From Dehalococcoidia bacterium (lineage in GTDB: Bacteria; Chloroflexota; Dehalococcoidia; Dehalococcoidales; BS750m-G39), in NCBI GenBank assembly GCA_030608005.1, contig JAUWIX010000003.1, positions 4,627 through 68,626 of the forward strand: a stretch of 64,000 bases of DNA, read 5' to 3'. A program made the position numbers and the translations under genes. The notes beneath the pieces were generated by a model, which saw only the letters and a program-made list of their open reading frames with translations, had not been told where the DNA came from and did no database searches. Positions 54,329 to 63,182 of this stretch are shown in pieces. The stretch's first letter is position 1, and every line of letters begins with the position of its first letter.

Positions 54329-54592
54329 CAAAGTATAATATGAAAGTATAGTATAATACAATGAAGCTGGCAATTGTAATCGCGGATGGGATAAAGCAAA
54401 GCTAGACTGAGAGATTGCTCTGGGTTCGGTAATAAGAAACCTGGAGCAATATCTTTAGTTATACGGGAAGCGCTCAATGCCTTTCTTTCCAGACAAGAGA
54501 GGCTAGAGGAGGGAGCTGAAGGAAAGGAGCAAGCAAAGTTGACAAAATAGAAAAGAACTGCCGGGGGTGGTCAATGGCTTGGAAATCGGGCA

Positions 54593-54616
54593 CAGATAGA
54601 TTAGTGGCATTATAAT
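54593..54616 (+). promoter_or_regulatory. Motif G copy 4 with TATAAT box, upstream of the flavoprotein-AOR cluster
   Basis: cagatagattagtggcatTATAAT ends 62 nt before the ATG at 54679. Related copies lie at 11697, 38385 and 63141. Confidence 0.45.
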
Positions 54617-54678
54617 GGCAATAGAGGGCTTGGATAACCTTATAGGGATTAGAGAACCAAAAGGAAAGGAGCAGTGCA

Positions 54679-56391
54679 ATGGAATGGAAAGAGACTATAA
54701 GAACAGATGTCCTGATTATCGGGGCAGGGCTGGCTGGACTCAAGGCAGCCGAACGGGCTAAGAGATACGGGTTAGATGTCGTCATTGTGGATAAAAGCAC
54801 CGGTAGAACCAACCTTTCATCAGTGGCCGGAGGAGCAATAGGTATCCTAGCTGGCGCGTGGCAGATCTCTAATCCGTCTACCCTTAGATCTTTGACCGAG
54901 AGAGGTATCTTGGGGGGTGCCTGGGAGATCAAGTACTGCAAAGACCAGAGGATGGAAGAGATTACTGCCATGGAGGAGGTACCACTCCAAGACGAGCTGG
55001 CCGAATTCGGGTGCATTAACCCGAGAAATATGAAAACCTATGGCCCCAACATAAGGATGAACTGGGCTGCCACAGGGCCACTGTATCACTACGTGCAAAA
55101 GGTTGGTTGCAAGCTTATGAAGTTCTTCACAGTTACCGACCTGCTGAAGGTGGATGGTCAGGTAGTCGGTGTAGTGGGATTTGAGTCTCGGAGGGGACAC
55201 TTTATGGCAATAAATGCCAAGGCAGTTGTCCTGGCAACAGGTGGCGCTGGCAACTGCTGGGCAAGGAACAATACACCGTTCCGTTCAACCGGCGATGGGC
55301 ATGCAATAGCCTATCGCAATGGTGTCCTACTGCATATGATGGAATATGAAAGTTTTGACGCTTGGATCATCGCAGAAAAGGGGGTCCCGAACTATTGGAT
55401 ACCGCCCTCTTATGGTAGGACCATGGGGAATGTGTTGAACGCGAAAGGGGAGGACTTCCTGCCCAACTACATTGAACTGGGACCAAAGGCTACCCTGAAG
55501 CCGGGAGACCCTTTCCACATCAAGTACGGTGCACCTGTAATTGACAATGTGGCAAAGATTGGTCGAGCCATGGCCATGGAAGTATATGAGGGGCGAGGCG
55601 ACGACGGGGCGATCCTGGTTGATTTCTCCAATGTGCCCGATGAAGCATGGTACTCAGAGCCAAAAGGTATTGCGTTCCTTCATCTCATGCGGGACTTCGA
55701 TTGGAAAAAGAAGCCAGTACACATGTATCCCGGCGCATTGGGATCTTATGGAGGATGTAAAATCACAGAGGAAGGTGAGACAAATCTGCCCGGCCTCTTT
55801 TCGGGAGGGGAAGTAGCGTATGGGGAGGATCTCAAATATACTAATGTCTTCGGTACCAGGGCTGGTAGGGCTGCCGCTGAATATGCAATGAACGCATCTC
55901 TTGTAGAGCCAGATCCTATCCAGATCAAGGAAAAGAAGGACTACTTGGAGAAGTTCTTAGCAAGGCCGAAGAGTACGGACGGAGATCCCAAAGCGATACG
56001 AGATGCCGTACGTGACCTTAGTATGGAGAAGTTTGGGGTCCTCAAGAGCGAAGAGGGGCTCATCGAAGGCATCGGAAGGTTGGGCGAACTGCGGAAGGTT
56101 GCTAGCGAGAAGATGTATGCCAGCGACCCGAGAGAGCTCAGGATGGCCTTCGAGGTCGAGAGCATGTTCGACTGCCAGGACATGCACGCACGAGCTGCTC
56201 TCATTAGAACCGAGACCCGAGGAGTCCATAATCGGTTGGATTATCCGTACATGGATAACGACCTCTGGGTAAAGGAGATAAGAATACGGAAGGTAGGGGA
56301 TGAGATGAAACTCTTCACTGCACCTATCCGCCGCGGATATGTGGAGATTCCCAAGGGCAGGTTCCCGATAAAGGGAATGGAGAAGAAGTAA
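54679..56391 (+). CDS. FAD-dependent oxidoreductase, AprA / fumarate-reductase flavoprotein superfamily (second copy)
   Basis: It has the FAD motif DVLIIGAGLAGLKAA and the C-terminal RTETRGVHNRLDYPYMDNDLW. The protein is 570 aa. Confidence 0.7.
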   Translation: MEWKETIRTDVLIIGAGLAGLKAAERAKRYGLDVVIVDKSTGRTNLSSVAGGAIGILAGAWQISNPSTLRSLTERGILGGAWEIKYCKDQRMEEITAMEEVPLQDELAEFGCINPRNMKTYGPNIRMNWAATGPLYHYVQKVGCKLMKFFTVTDLLKVDGQVVGVVGFESRRGHFMAINAKAVVLATGGAGNCWARNNTPFRSTGDGHAIAYRNGVLLHMMEYESFDAWIIAEKGVPNYWIPPSYGRTMGNVLNAKGEDFLPNYIELGPKATLKPGDPFHIKYGAPVIDNVAKIGRAMAMEVYEGRGDDGAILVDFSNVPDEAWYSEPKGIAFLHLMRDFDWKKKPVHMYPGALGSYGGCKITEEGETNLPGLFSGGEVAYGEDLKYTNVFGTRAGRAAAEYAMNASLVEPDPIQIKEKKDYLEKFLARPKSTDGDPKAIRDAVRDLSMEKFGVLKSEEGLIEGIGRLGELRKVASEKMYASDPRELRMAFEVESMFDCQDMHARAALIRTETRGVHNRLDYPYMDNDLWVKEIRIRKVGDEMKLFTAPIRRGYVEIPKGRFPIKGMEKK

Positions 56392-56432
56392 GAAACCTTA
56401 CCTTAAAGATGGGAAACATTAGGAGGATACCA

Positions 56433-56729
56433 ATGCTGGATCAAGAAATTAAAATCGTTATTGACCATAAGAGGTGTATCGGAGCCAGATGCCTCAACTG
56501 TGTGGATAGTTGCCCGAGGGAGGTGCTGGATTGGGATAAAGAGCAAAAGAAGGTTGTAGTGGTCAATTTTCAAGAGTGCATCTTGTGCTTCGCTTGTGAA
56601 GAGGCCTGCCGGGAAGACGGCAACAACTGCTACAAAATTGAGGGTGCCATCAGGAAGGAGTTCCAACCGGCACCGCGCATTGATATGTGGGGTGGTGCAC
56701 GGGAAGTGGAGCCTCCTATTTCTGTCTGA
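56433..56729 (+). CDS. Small 2x[4Fe-4S] ferredoxin partner
   Basis: CIGARCLNCVDSCP and CILCFACEEAC motifs are present. The ATG at 56433 follows AGGAGG with 6-nt spacing; the tracked start at 56409 is also possible. Confidence 0.7.
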   Translation: MLDQEIKIVIDHKRCIGARCLNCVDSCPREVLDWDKEQKKVVVVNFQECILCFACEEACREDGNNCYKIEGAIRKEFQPAPRIDMWGGAREVEPPISV

Positions 56730-56760
56730 GAAATGTAAGAAGGGGGCGAGAGGATGGTAT

Positions 56761-57162
56761 ATGGAATTTGGGCTGGATCATATCCATTTCCGCTGTGAAG
56801 ACGTTGATACGGCGATTGATTTTTACACTAGGATGTTTGGTGGTTACATAAGTGAACGGAGCGGGTCCAAGCAGATGCCCGTCGTTTTCGTTAATGTTGC
56901 TGGCATTAGGTTAGCATTTTCCCCTAAATCTCAGGAGGGTGTGCCTGCTGCTTTCAGCAACAGACCAGATAAGGGCATCTATCAGCTGGGACTATGTGTG
57001 AACGACGTTGATAAAGCGGTAGAAGAGCTAAGAAGCAAAGGAGCGCAGATCGAAAGAGAGCCAAGTGAGCTTAGACCAGGACTGAAAGCTGCTCTTGTGA
57101 AAGCCCCTGATGGAGTCCAGATTGAGCTAGTAGAGCATACAATCCCACCGCGAAAATCCTAG
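56761..57162 (+). CDS. VOC-family protein (glyoxalase / methylmalonyl-CoA epimerase-like)
   Basis: The product starts MEFGLDHIHFRCEDVDTAIDFYTRMFGG and is about 133 aa. I took the start at ATG 56761 rather than the tracked 56596, which overlaps the ferredoxin gene. Confidence 0.7.
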   Translation: MEFGLDHIHFRCEDVDTAIDFYTRMFGGYISERSGSKQMPVVFVNVAGIRLAFSPKSQEGVPAAFSNRPDKGIYQLGLCVNDVDKAVEELRSKGAQIEREPSELRPGLKAALVKAPDGVQIELVEHTIPPRKS

Positions 57163-57225
57163 ACGAGGTGCAAGTATCTCTTGCGTAAGTTTGGGTGACT
57201 ATCCTACTAACGAGGAGGAAGTAGC

Positions 57226-59028
57226 ATGCTCAAAGGATATATGAGCAAGATTCTTTTTATCGACCTATCTAGCCAAAGGATAACAGAGGAAGTACCCGAT
57301 AAGCAACTGTATCGCGACTTCTTGGGAGGCTACGGTGTTGGAGCCAGGATTCTCTTTTCGAGGCAGAGGGTAGGCATTGACCCGCTAGGTCCAGATAACA
57401 CCCTTGGCTTCGTCACTGGGCCTCTTACAGGCACACCAGCCCTTACGGGGAATAGATACACCGTAGTGGCAAAGTCTCCACTTACCGGTACATGGGGTGA
57501 TGCTAACGCCGGAGGAGACTTTGGGCCTTATCTTAAGTTTGCTGGGTACGATGCTATTTTTATTACCGGTGCATCAGAGAAACCGGTCTACCTGTACGTT
57601 CGAGACGGCAAGGCTGAGCTAAGAGACGCAGGCCATTTGTGGGGCAAGGATACCTACCAAACTGAGGATATGCTCAAGTCTCAACTCGGCGTTGAGACAA
57701 GGGTTACCTGCATCGGCCAAGCGGGAGAAGCTCTCTCGCTAATTTCCTGCATCATTAACAACAAAAGAAGAGCAGCGGGCCGTTCTGGTCTAGGTGCTGT
57801 CATGGGCTCAAAAAGACTAAAAGCGGTAGCAGTAAGCGGTGGGATGGAAGTCCCACTCGCGGATGTGGAGAGAATCAAGGCTTTGAGGAGTCAATACCTA
57901 TCCGAGCTCAGGAAGGACGAATTCGCACAAATCCTTCAGAGGTTCGGTACTGGTGGAGGTACCGCCGCTCTTGCTTACAAAGGTGACTCCCCTGTAAAGA
58001 ATTGGGGTGGTGTTGGGGAGAGAGACTTTCCCAATGCTGAGGCCATTGGTGGTGATAGTGTATTGCAGCTCCAAGAAAAAAAGGAGACCTGTTGGCACTG
58101 CCCTGTGGGGTGTGGCGGATACATGAAGGCAGGGAGAGAATACCCTTATGCGGCGGGAGCAGCCAAACCTGAATATGAGACTGCTTGTGCCTTTGGAACT
58201 ATGTGCCTTAACAGCAACCTGGAGTCGATTATCATGGCAAACGACATTTGCGACCGCTATGGTCTGGATACCATATCCGCCGGGGGCGTTGTTGCCTTTG
58301 CTATCGAGTGCTATGAAAATGGGCTTATTAGCAAGGAGGACACAAACGGCATCGAGCTGAGATGGGGCAACCACCAAGCTATTGTTGCGATAACAGAAAA
58401 GATAGCCAAACGAGAGGGTTTTGGCGATGTACTGGCTGATGGTGTGAAATTGGCTGCGGAAAGGCTTGGGAAAGGCACTACGGAGTACGCAATCCACATT
58501 GGCGGTCAAGAACTACCCATGCACGATCCCAAATATGCTCCCTCTTATGCGACATCTTACACGATTGATGCTACTCCTGGTCGGCACACTCAGGGTAGCT
58601 CTAATAGCAGCAAGGGAGAAGACCAGAAGACGGAGAATACCTTGTGCCAGGCCAAAAATGCGGCCGGCATCTGTCTATTTGCTGAGGCGATTGATGCTGA
58701 CGGGCTTTCACAGTTCCTGACTGCTGTAACAGGACATCCATATACTGTTGAAGCCGTGTATGAAGTAGGGGAGAGAATCTCCAACATTCGGCAAGCATTC
58801 AACATCCGCGAAGGCATCAACCCGCTTGAGAGACACGTGCCAGATAGGGTACTCGGGAGACCACCCCAACAGGAAGGTCCGCTTGCAGGGATAACCGTTG
58901 ATTTGCATACGCGGCTTAGTAATTACCTGAGGGCCATGGATTGGAATCCAGAGACAGCCAAGCCCAGCAAGCAAAAATTACAGCAGCTGGGGCTAGGCGA
59001 TGTAAGTGCTGTGCTGTGGCCTGAATAA
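57226..59028 (+). CDS. aor: Aldehyde:ferredoxin oxidoreductase (tungstopterin AOR family)
   Basis: 600 aa. The AOR N-terminus reads KILFIDLSSQRITEEVPDKQLYRDFLGGYGVGARILF. The Fe-S ligand region is CWHCPVGCGGY, and a GLDTISAG motif is present. Confidence 0.9.
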   Translation: MLKGYMSKILFIDLSSQRITEEVPDKQLYRDFLGGYGVGARILFSRQRVGIDPLGPDNTLGFVTGPLTGTPALTGNRYTVVAKSPLTGTWGDANAGGDFGPYLKFAGYDAIFITGASEKPVYLYVRDGKAELRDAGHLWGKDTYQTEDMLKSQLGVETRVTCIGQAGEALSLISCIINNKRRAAGRSGLGAVMGSKRLKAVAVSGGMEVPLADVERIKALRSQYLSELRKDEFAQILQRFGTGGGTAALAYKGDSPVKNWGGVGERDFPNAEAIGGDSVLQLQEKKETCWHCPVGCGGYMKAGREYPYAAGAAKPEYETACAFGTMCLNSNLESIIMANDICDRYGLDTISAGGVVAFAIECYENGLISKEDTNGIELRWGNHQAIVAITEKIAKREGFGDVLADGVKLAAERLGKGTTEYAIHIGGQELPMHDPKYAPSYATSYTIDATPGRHTQGSSNSSKGEDQKTENTLCQAKNAAGICLFAEAIDADGLSQFLTAVTGHPYTVEAVYEVGERISNIRQAFNIREGINPLERHVPDRVLGRPPQQEGPLAGITVDLHTRLSNYLRAMDWNPETAKPSKQKLQQLGLGDVSAVLWPE

Positions 59029-59049
59029 ACGGAAAAGAAGGAGGTAATT

Positions 59050-60705
59050 ATGGCTGTTATGACCGGGAAAAAAGCAATAATGGAGATATTCCGTAGCGAA
59101 GGGGTTGAGTATGTCTTTGGCATTCCTGGAGCCACAGAAGTGCTGTTTATGGATGCATTGGAAGACTGTCCGGATATAAAGTACATTCTGGGACTTCACG
59201 AATCAGTGGCTGTGGCTATTGCTGAGGGCTACGCCAGAGCATCTGGAAAGGTGGGTGTGCTCAACCTGCATACCTTAGCAGGTCTCTCTTGCGCGATGGG
59301 CATGATCTGCAATGCCAGTAACGCACCCCTTGTTATCACAGCCGGGCAGCAAGACACTCGGGCTCTGATGCAGGAACCGGAACTGGGTGGAGACTTAACG
59401 GGTCTGGTAGGGCCATTTACCAAGTGGGGTACCGAGGTAGCTTATGCTGCTGATATCCCAATAGCCCTTCGGCGCGCCTTTAAAATCGCAGCCCATCCTC
59501 CTGCCGGACCGGTATTTGTCTCACTGCCACAGAACGTGCTCGCTGAGGAGCTAGACCTGCAATATTTACCCAGTACACCTACTTTTTGCCAACTGCGGCC
59601 TGACCGAGAGGCTGTGAACCGAGCAGCAGAACTACTCAGCAATGCTCAAATGCCAGTTATTTTAGTCGGCTCCGGTGTTGCTGATCACGACGCAATGCCA
59701 GAGGCAGTCGGTTTAGCCGAGTTAGTTGGGGCACGCGTTTACCAGCCGTCGCCGGCTGATATGAATTTCCCTACTGCGCACCCGCAATGCCTTGGAGGAT
59801 TAGACCTTGGCAAGGAGACTGGAGAACTACTACGTTCCGTAGATGTGTTGGTGGCAATAGGGACACCTCTATTCCAACAATCTGAATACGTGCCCAGTCC
59901 TTTGCTAACACCGGCTACAAAGGTTATTCAAATAGATAGCAACTCTTGGCAGATAGGCAAGAACTTCCCTGTGACTGCTGCTCTGGAGGGCGATATTAAG
60001 TTATCCCTTGGAGAGCTAATAAACGCTTTGCAACAAAACTTATCGCCAGAGATGCGCCAAGCAGCTACCGCCAGAGCCAAGGAAATTGGCAAGCAGAAAG
60101 AAGCGCTGAGGCAAGAGCTCCTGCGCAAAGTCCAGGAGGCAAGAGATAATATACCTATTTCGCCATGGCGATTGATGCAGGACCTGCGAGAGTCTGTTGA
60201 GCCGGAAACCGTCATCGTCGATGACAGCTGGTCCTGTTCCCGAGCCCTGCGCAGCGTGATAGACTTCTCCAAGCCCAAGACTTTCTATCGCTTGAGGGCT
60301 GGGGGAAGCATCGGCTGGGGTATACCAGCTTCCTTAGGGGTCAAACTTGCTTGTCCTGATCGTCGCGTTGTGGCAGTAGTTGGAGACGGTAGTGCCATTT
60401 TCACTATCCAAAGTCTATGGGTGGCCGCTCACTACCATATTCCAGTTACTTTTATTGTTTGTAGCAATGCTTGCTACCGTCTGGTCAGACTTATAAGAAT
60501 TCGTAAATTGGGTGACTATGCAAGGAACAGGACCCTAGGCTCGGAACTAGATAACCCGAGAATCGATTTTTGCCAAGTAGCTCAAGGCCTTGGGGTGCAG
60601 GGCCGGAGGGTAGAGCGGCCAGATGAGCTAAAAGCGACGCTAAGGTGGGCACTGGAGTCGGACAAACCAGCCTTGGTTGAGGTAGAGGTTGAAGCTACGG
60701 TTTAA
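59050..60705 (+). CDS. Thiamine-diphosphate-dependent 2-oxoacid decarboxylase (benzoylformate decarboxylase-like)
   Basis: The N-terminal Pyr domain reads GVEYVFGIPGATE...LHESVAVAIAEGYA, and the ThDP motif is VVGDGSAIFTIQSLW...NACY. It is closest, in my recollection, to the MdlC/AHAS-large family. Confidence 0.8.
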   Translation: MAVMTGKKAIMEIFRSEGVEYVFGIPGATEVLFMDALEDCPDIKYILGLHESVAVAIAEGYARASGKVGVLNLHTLAGLSCAMGMICNASNAPLVITAGQQDTRALMQEPELGGDLTGLVGPFTKWGTEVAYAADIPIALRRAFKIAAHPPAGPVFVSLPQNVLAEELDLQYLPSTPTFCQLRPDREAVNRAAELLSNAQMPVILVGSGVADHDAMPEAVGLAELVGARVYQPSPADMNFPTAHPQCLGGLDLGKETGELLRSVDVLVAIGTPLFQQSEYVPSPLLTPATKVIQIDSNSWQIGKNFPVTAALEGDIKLSLGELINALQQNLSPEMRQAATARAKEIGKQKEALRQELLRKVQEARDNIPISPWRLMQDLRESVEPETVIVDDSWSCSRALRSVIDFSKPKTFYRLRAGGSIGWGIPASLGVKLACPDRRVVAVVGDGSAIFTIQSLWVAAHYHIPVTFIVCSNACYRLVRLIRIRKLGDYARNRTLGSELDNPRIDFCQVAQGLGVQGRRVERPDELKATLRWALESDKPALVEVEVEATV

Positions 60706-60786
60706 GCTGGGGGCTTCTGAATATGTGCCTGCGCTACCCATTGAGTGTGGAAAGCAATACAAGCAAGTGAGGAGGAAACAATAACT

Positions 60787-61893
60787 ATGGTTTTTCCAGA
60801 TGAGTTGGAAAGATGGATTCGGCCTGTCCTACAGGGTCGTACTGCTCATGTAATGAAATCGCCAGACCAAATAATGGAAGAGCTAGGCATTGCGCCGGAG
60901 CAGGCTATTAAGCTGAATCGCAATGAGAACCCTTTTGGCTGTTCACCAAAGGTAAATCAAGCTTTGGCTGATTATGTCACCTACAACCTCTATCCGGATG
61001 ATGCTCAGACGGAATTTAGAGAGCTAATATCACAATATGTTGGAACAACTCCTGACCGTGTTGTGGGTGCTGCCGGTGGCTCCCATGTTTTGGATATAAT
61101 TGTGCGGTTGTTTGTCGACCCCGGCGACGAAGTCATCAACTGTGTCCCTACCTTCGGGCTGTATGAGTTCATTTCAGACCTGTATGGTGCCAAGATTGTT
61201 GAAGTCCCGAGGGACGGAAACTTCGATATCGATGTGAATGCCATAAAGGCCGCTATAACCGAGAAAACTAAGTTGATATTTCTCTGTAATCCAAACAACC
61301 CCACGGGTAATATTACTCAGCAAGAGGACCTGCTGGCTGTGGCAGAAACCGGAGTGCCTGTAGTGGTTGATGAAGCATACTATGAATTTAGCAGGGAAAC
61401 CGTGGTACCATTCATCGCTCAATATCCAAACATGATGGTGGCTAGGACGCTGAGCAAGTGGGCAGGCATGGCCGGGATTAGACTTGGCTACGGGATTTTC
61501 ACAACCAGCATAGCTAACTATCTGATGGGTATAAAGTTACCTTTCGGTATAAGCACTCCGGCAGTAATCGCCTTGAGGGCTTCGCTACAAGATAAAGACT
61601 ACTTGATGAAGAATGTGAAGCAGTTGATTGCCGAAGGAGAAAGACTGTATCAGGAACTTACACAGATAGATTTCCTTAGACCCTACCCAAGCAGAACCAA
61701 CTTTATGTTTTGTGTAGTCTTGAGAGGCAATGCAAACGAGATCGTGGAGGAGTTGAAAAGGCGGGGTATTTTGATTACTTTCTATGATACGCCACGGTTA
61801 AGAAACGGTTTCCGTATCAGTGTGGGCAGACGAGAGCAGAACGACAAGGTAATTGATGTTCTGAGAGACATAGGTGCAAGCCTGAGCAAGTAA
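60787..61893 (+). CDS. Class-II aminotransferase (histidinol-phosphate/aromatic aminotransferase family)
   Basis: It has the PLP-lysine motif ARTLSKWAGMAGIRLGY and the NPNNPTG motif. The ATG at 60787 follows GAGGAGG. Confidence 0.8.
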   Translation: MVFPDELERWIRPVLQGRTAHVMKSPDQIMEELGIAPEQAIKLNRNENPFGCSPKVNQALADYVTYNLYPDDAQTEFRELISQYVGTTPDRVVGAAGGSHVLDIIVRLFVDPGDEVINCVPTFGLYEFISDLYGAKIVEVPRDGNFDIDVNAIKAAITEKTKLIFLCNPNNPTGNITQQEDLLAVAETGVPVVVDEAYYEFSRETVVPFIAQYPNMMVARTLSKWAGMAGIRLGYGIFTTSIANYLMGIKLPFGISTPAVIALRASLQDKDYLMKNVKQLIAEGERLYQELTQIDFLRPYPSRTNFMFCVVLRGNANEIVEELKRRGILITFYDTPRLRNGFRISVGRREQNDKVIDVLRDIGASLSK

Positions 61894-61968
61894 ATGTTGA
61901 TAATTTAGAGGTAAAACCAGAGTGAGAAGTTCACCAAAAGCTGTCTCGAAGAAAGAGGACTTTAGACA

Positions 61969-63105
61969 ATGGCTAAGTTGAAAGAACCAACATATAAGAG
62001 ATTTATAACAGGGCAACTCTCGCGTTTTGATACCAGAAACACCGCATCATTCAGATTACGCAAAAAAGAAGCGACCAGGCCAGATGAAAAGGAGGTAGGA
62101 GAGCCGGACAACTTTTATCACAGGGGACCTTCTAAAAACGAAAAAAGGAAAGGCTATGAGCAGAAAGACTACGCACTAGTATGGGCAGCTAGAACAATTG
62201 ACACGCTTGCCATGGAAAATTTGTATTGCAGGGATTTAGAAGTAGCTAAAACTAAGATGGACGTTTCTAATAAGGCAGCTATTACCCAACAAGTCAAATC
62301 TGTGGCTCACTGGCTTGGAGCCGACCTGGTTGGCATTTGTGAGGTCAACCATAGCTGGATATACTCTCACTGGGGAGATATTAGCGGATCCCGGTCAGGT
62401 AGACCGGCCTACGCAGACGACCCAATAGAAATACCCTCGTGGCTCAAATGTGCGGTTGTCATAGCTGTTGAAATGGATTACGAAGCGATTAGACGCAGCC
62501 CAGCAATCCAACCTGCGCCATCCTTAGGCTATTCTAAGATGGCATTTGTCGCTCCTTCACTGGCAACCTATATCCGCGAGCTGGGTTATCATGCTATGCC
62601 TTGTAGTTGCGGATTTGCACTAATGATACCCCTAGCCGTAGATGCTGGCCTCGGGGAATTAGGTAGGAATGGGCTTCTGATAACCGAGCAATTTGGGCCT
62701 AGAGTGAGAATTTGCAGCGTCTTCACCGAGCTTCCTTTGCAAGTAGACTCTCCAATAGATATAGGGGTGCAAGCCTTTTGTGAAAGATGCCTACGTTGTG
62801 CTGAGGCTTGTCCCAGCAAAGCAATTATGTCTGGCGAGAGAACCGACCAGGCCCGGGACGCATCCCGGGACGCATCCAATAATATCAACGTGCTCAAGTG
62901 GCCGATAAAAGCACCGAACTGCTTACGGTTTTGGGATAGAAATAAGGGTAGCTGCTCGAATTGCATTCGTGTCTGCCCCTTTAATAAACCACAAGGTTGG
63001 CTACACAGTTTAGTAAGGAAAATCGTGAAAACCACCCCTATCTTTAACCGATTTTTTGTTAAGGTGGACCGGATACTGAGATATGGGGAACAGGTCATTA
63101 AATAG
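61969..63105 (+). CDS. rdhA: Reductive dehalogenase homologue (RdhA family), no TAT signal
   Basis: The C-terminal cluster motifs are FCERCLRCAEACPSKAI and CLRFWDRNKGSCSNCIRVCPFNKP (the RdhA-typical second motif). The N-terminus MAKLKEPTYKRFITGQLSRF lacks RRxFLK. Confidence 0.75.
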   Translation: MAKLKEPTYKRFITGQLSRFDTRNTASFRLRKKEATRPDEKEVGEPDNFYHRGPSKNEKRKGYEQKDYALVWAARTIDTLAMENLYCRDLEVAKTKMDVSNKAAITQQVKSVAHWLGADLVGICEVNHSWIYSHWGDISGSRSGRPAYADDPIEIPSWLKCAVVIAVEMDYEAIRRSPAIQPAPSLGYSKMAFVAPSLATYIRELGYHAMPCSCGFALMIPLAVDAGLGELGRNGLLITEQFGPRVRICSVFTELPLQVDSPIDIGVQAFCERCLRCAEACPSKAIMSGERTDQARDASRDASNNINVLKWPIKAPNCLRFWDRNKGSCSNCIRVCPFNKPQGWLHSLVRKIVKTTPIFNRFFVKVDRILRYGEQVIK

Positions 63106-63140
63106 CTTGACTTTGCCTCAAGTTACTTTTCGTGCCAGTT

Positions 63141-63164
63141 CAGATAGATAGGTGACACTATAAT
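63141..63164 (+). promoter_or_regulatory. Motif G copy 3 with consensus TATAAT, directly upstream of the second rdhA homologue
   Basis: cagatagataggtgacacTATAAT ends 18 nt before the ATG at 63183, with the SD GAGGAG in between. Confidence 0.45.
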
Positions 63165-63182
63165 ATAAGGAACAGAGGAGTG

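Noticed and set aside
53978-54373. The 131-aa minus-strand ORF as a real gene.
   Set aside because: The opposite strand gives a recognisable recombinase N-domain fragment over the same nucleotides. The minus-strand product has no motif and starts in an AT-rich spacer.
54474-55200. Minus-strand ORFs 54474-55016 and 54847-55200.
   Set aside because: They lie antisense to the promoter region and 5' part of the FAD oxidoreductase gene, which has a clear dinucleotide-binding motif. They are shadow ORFs.
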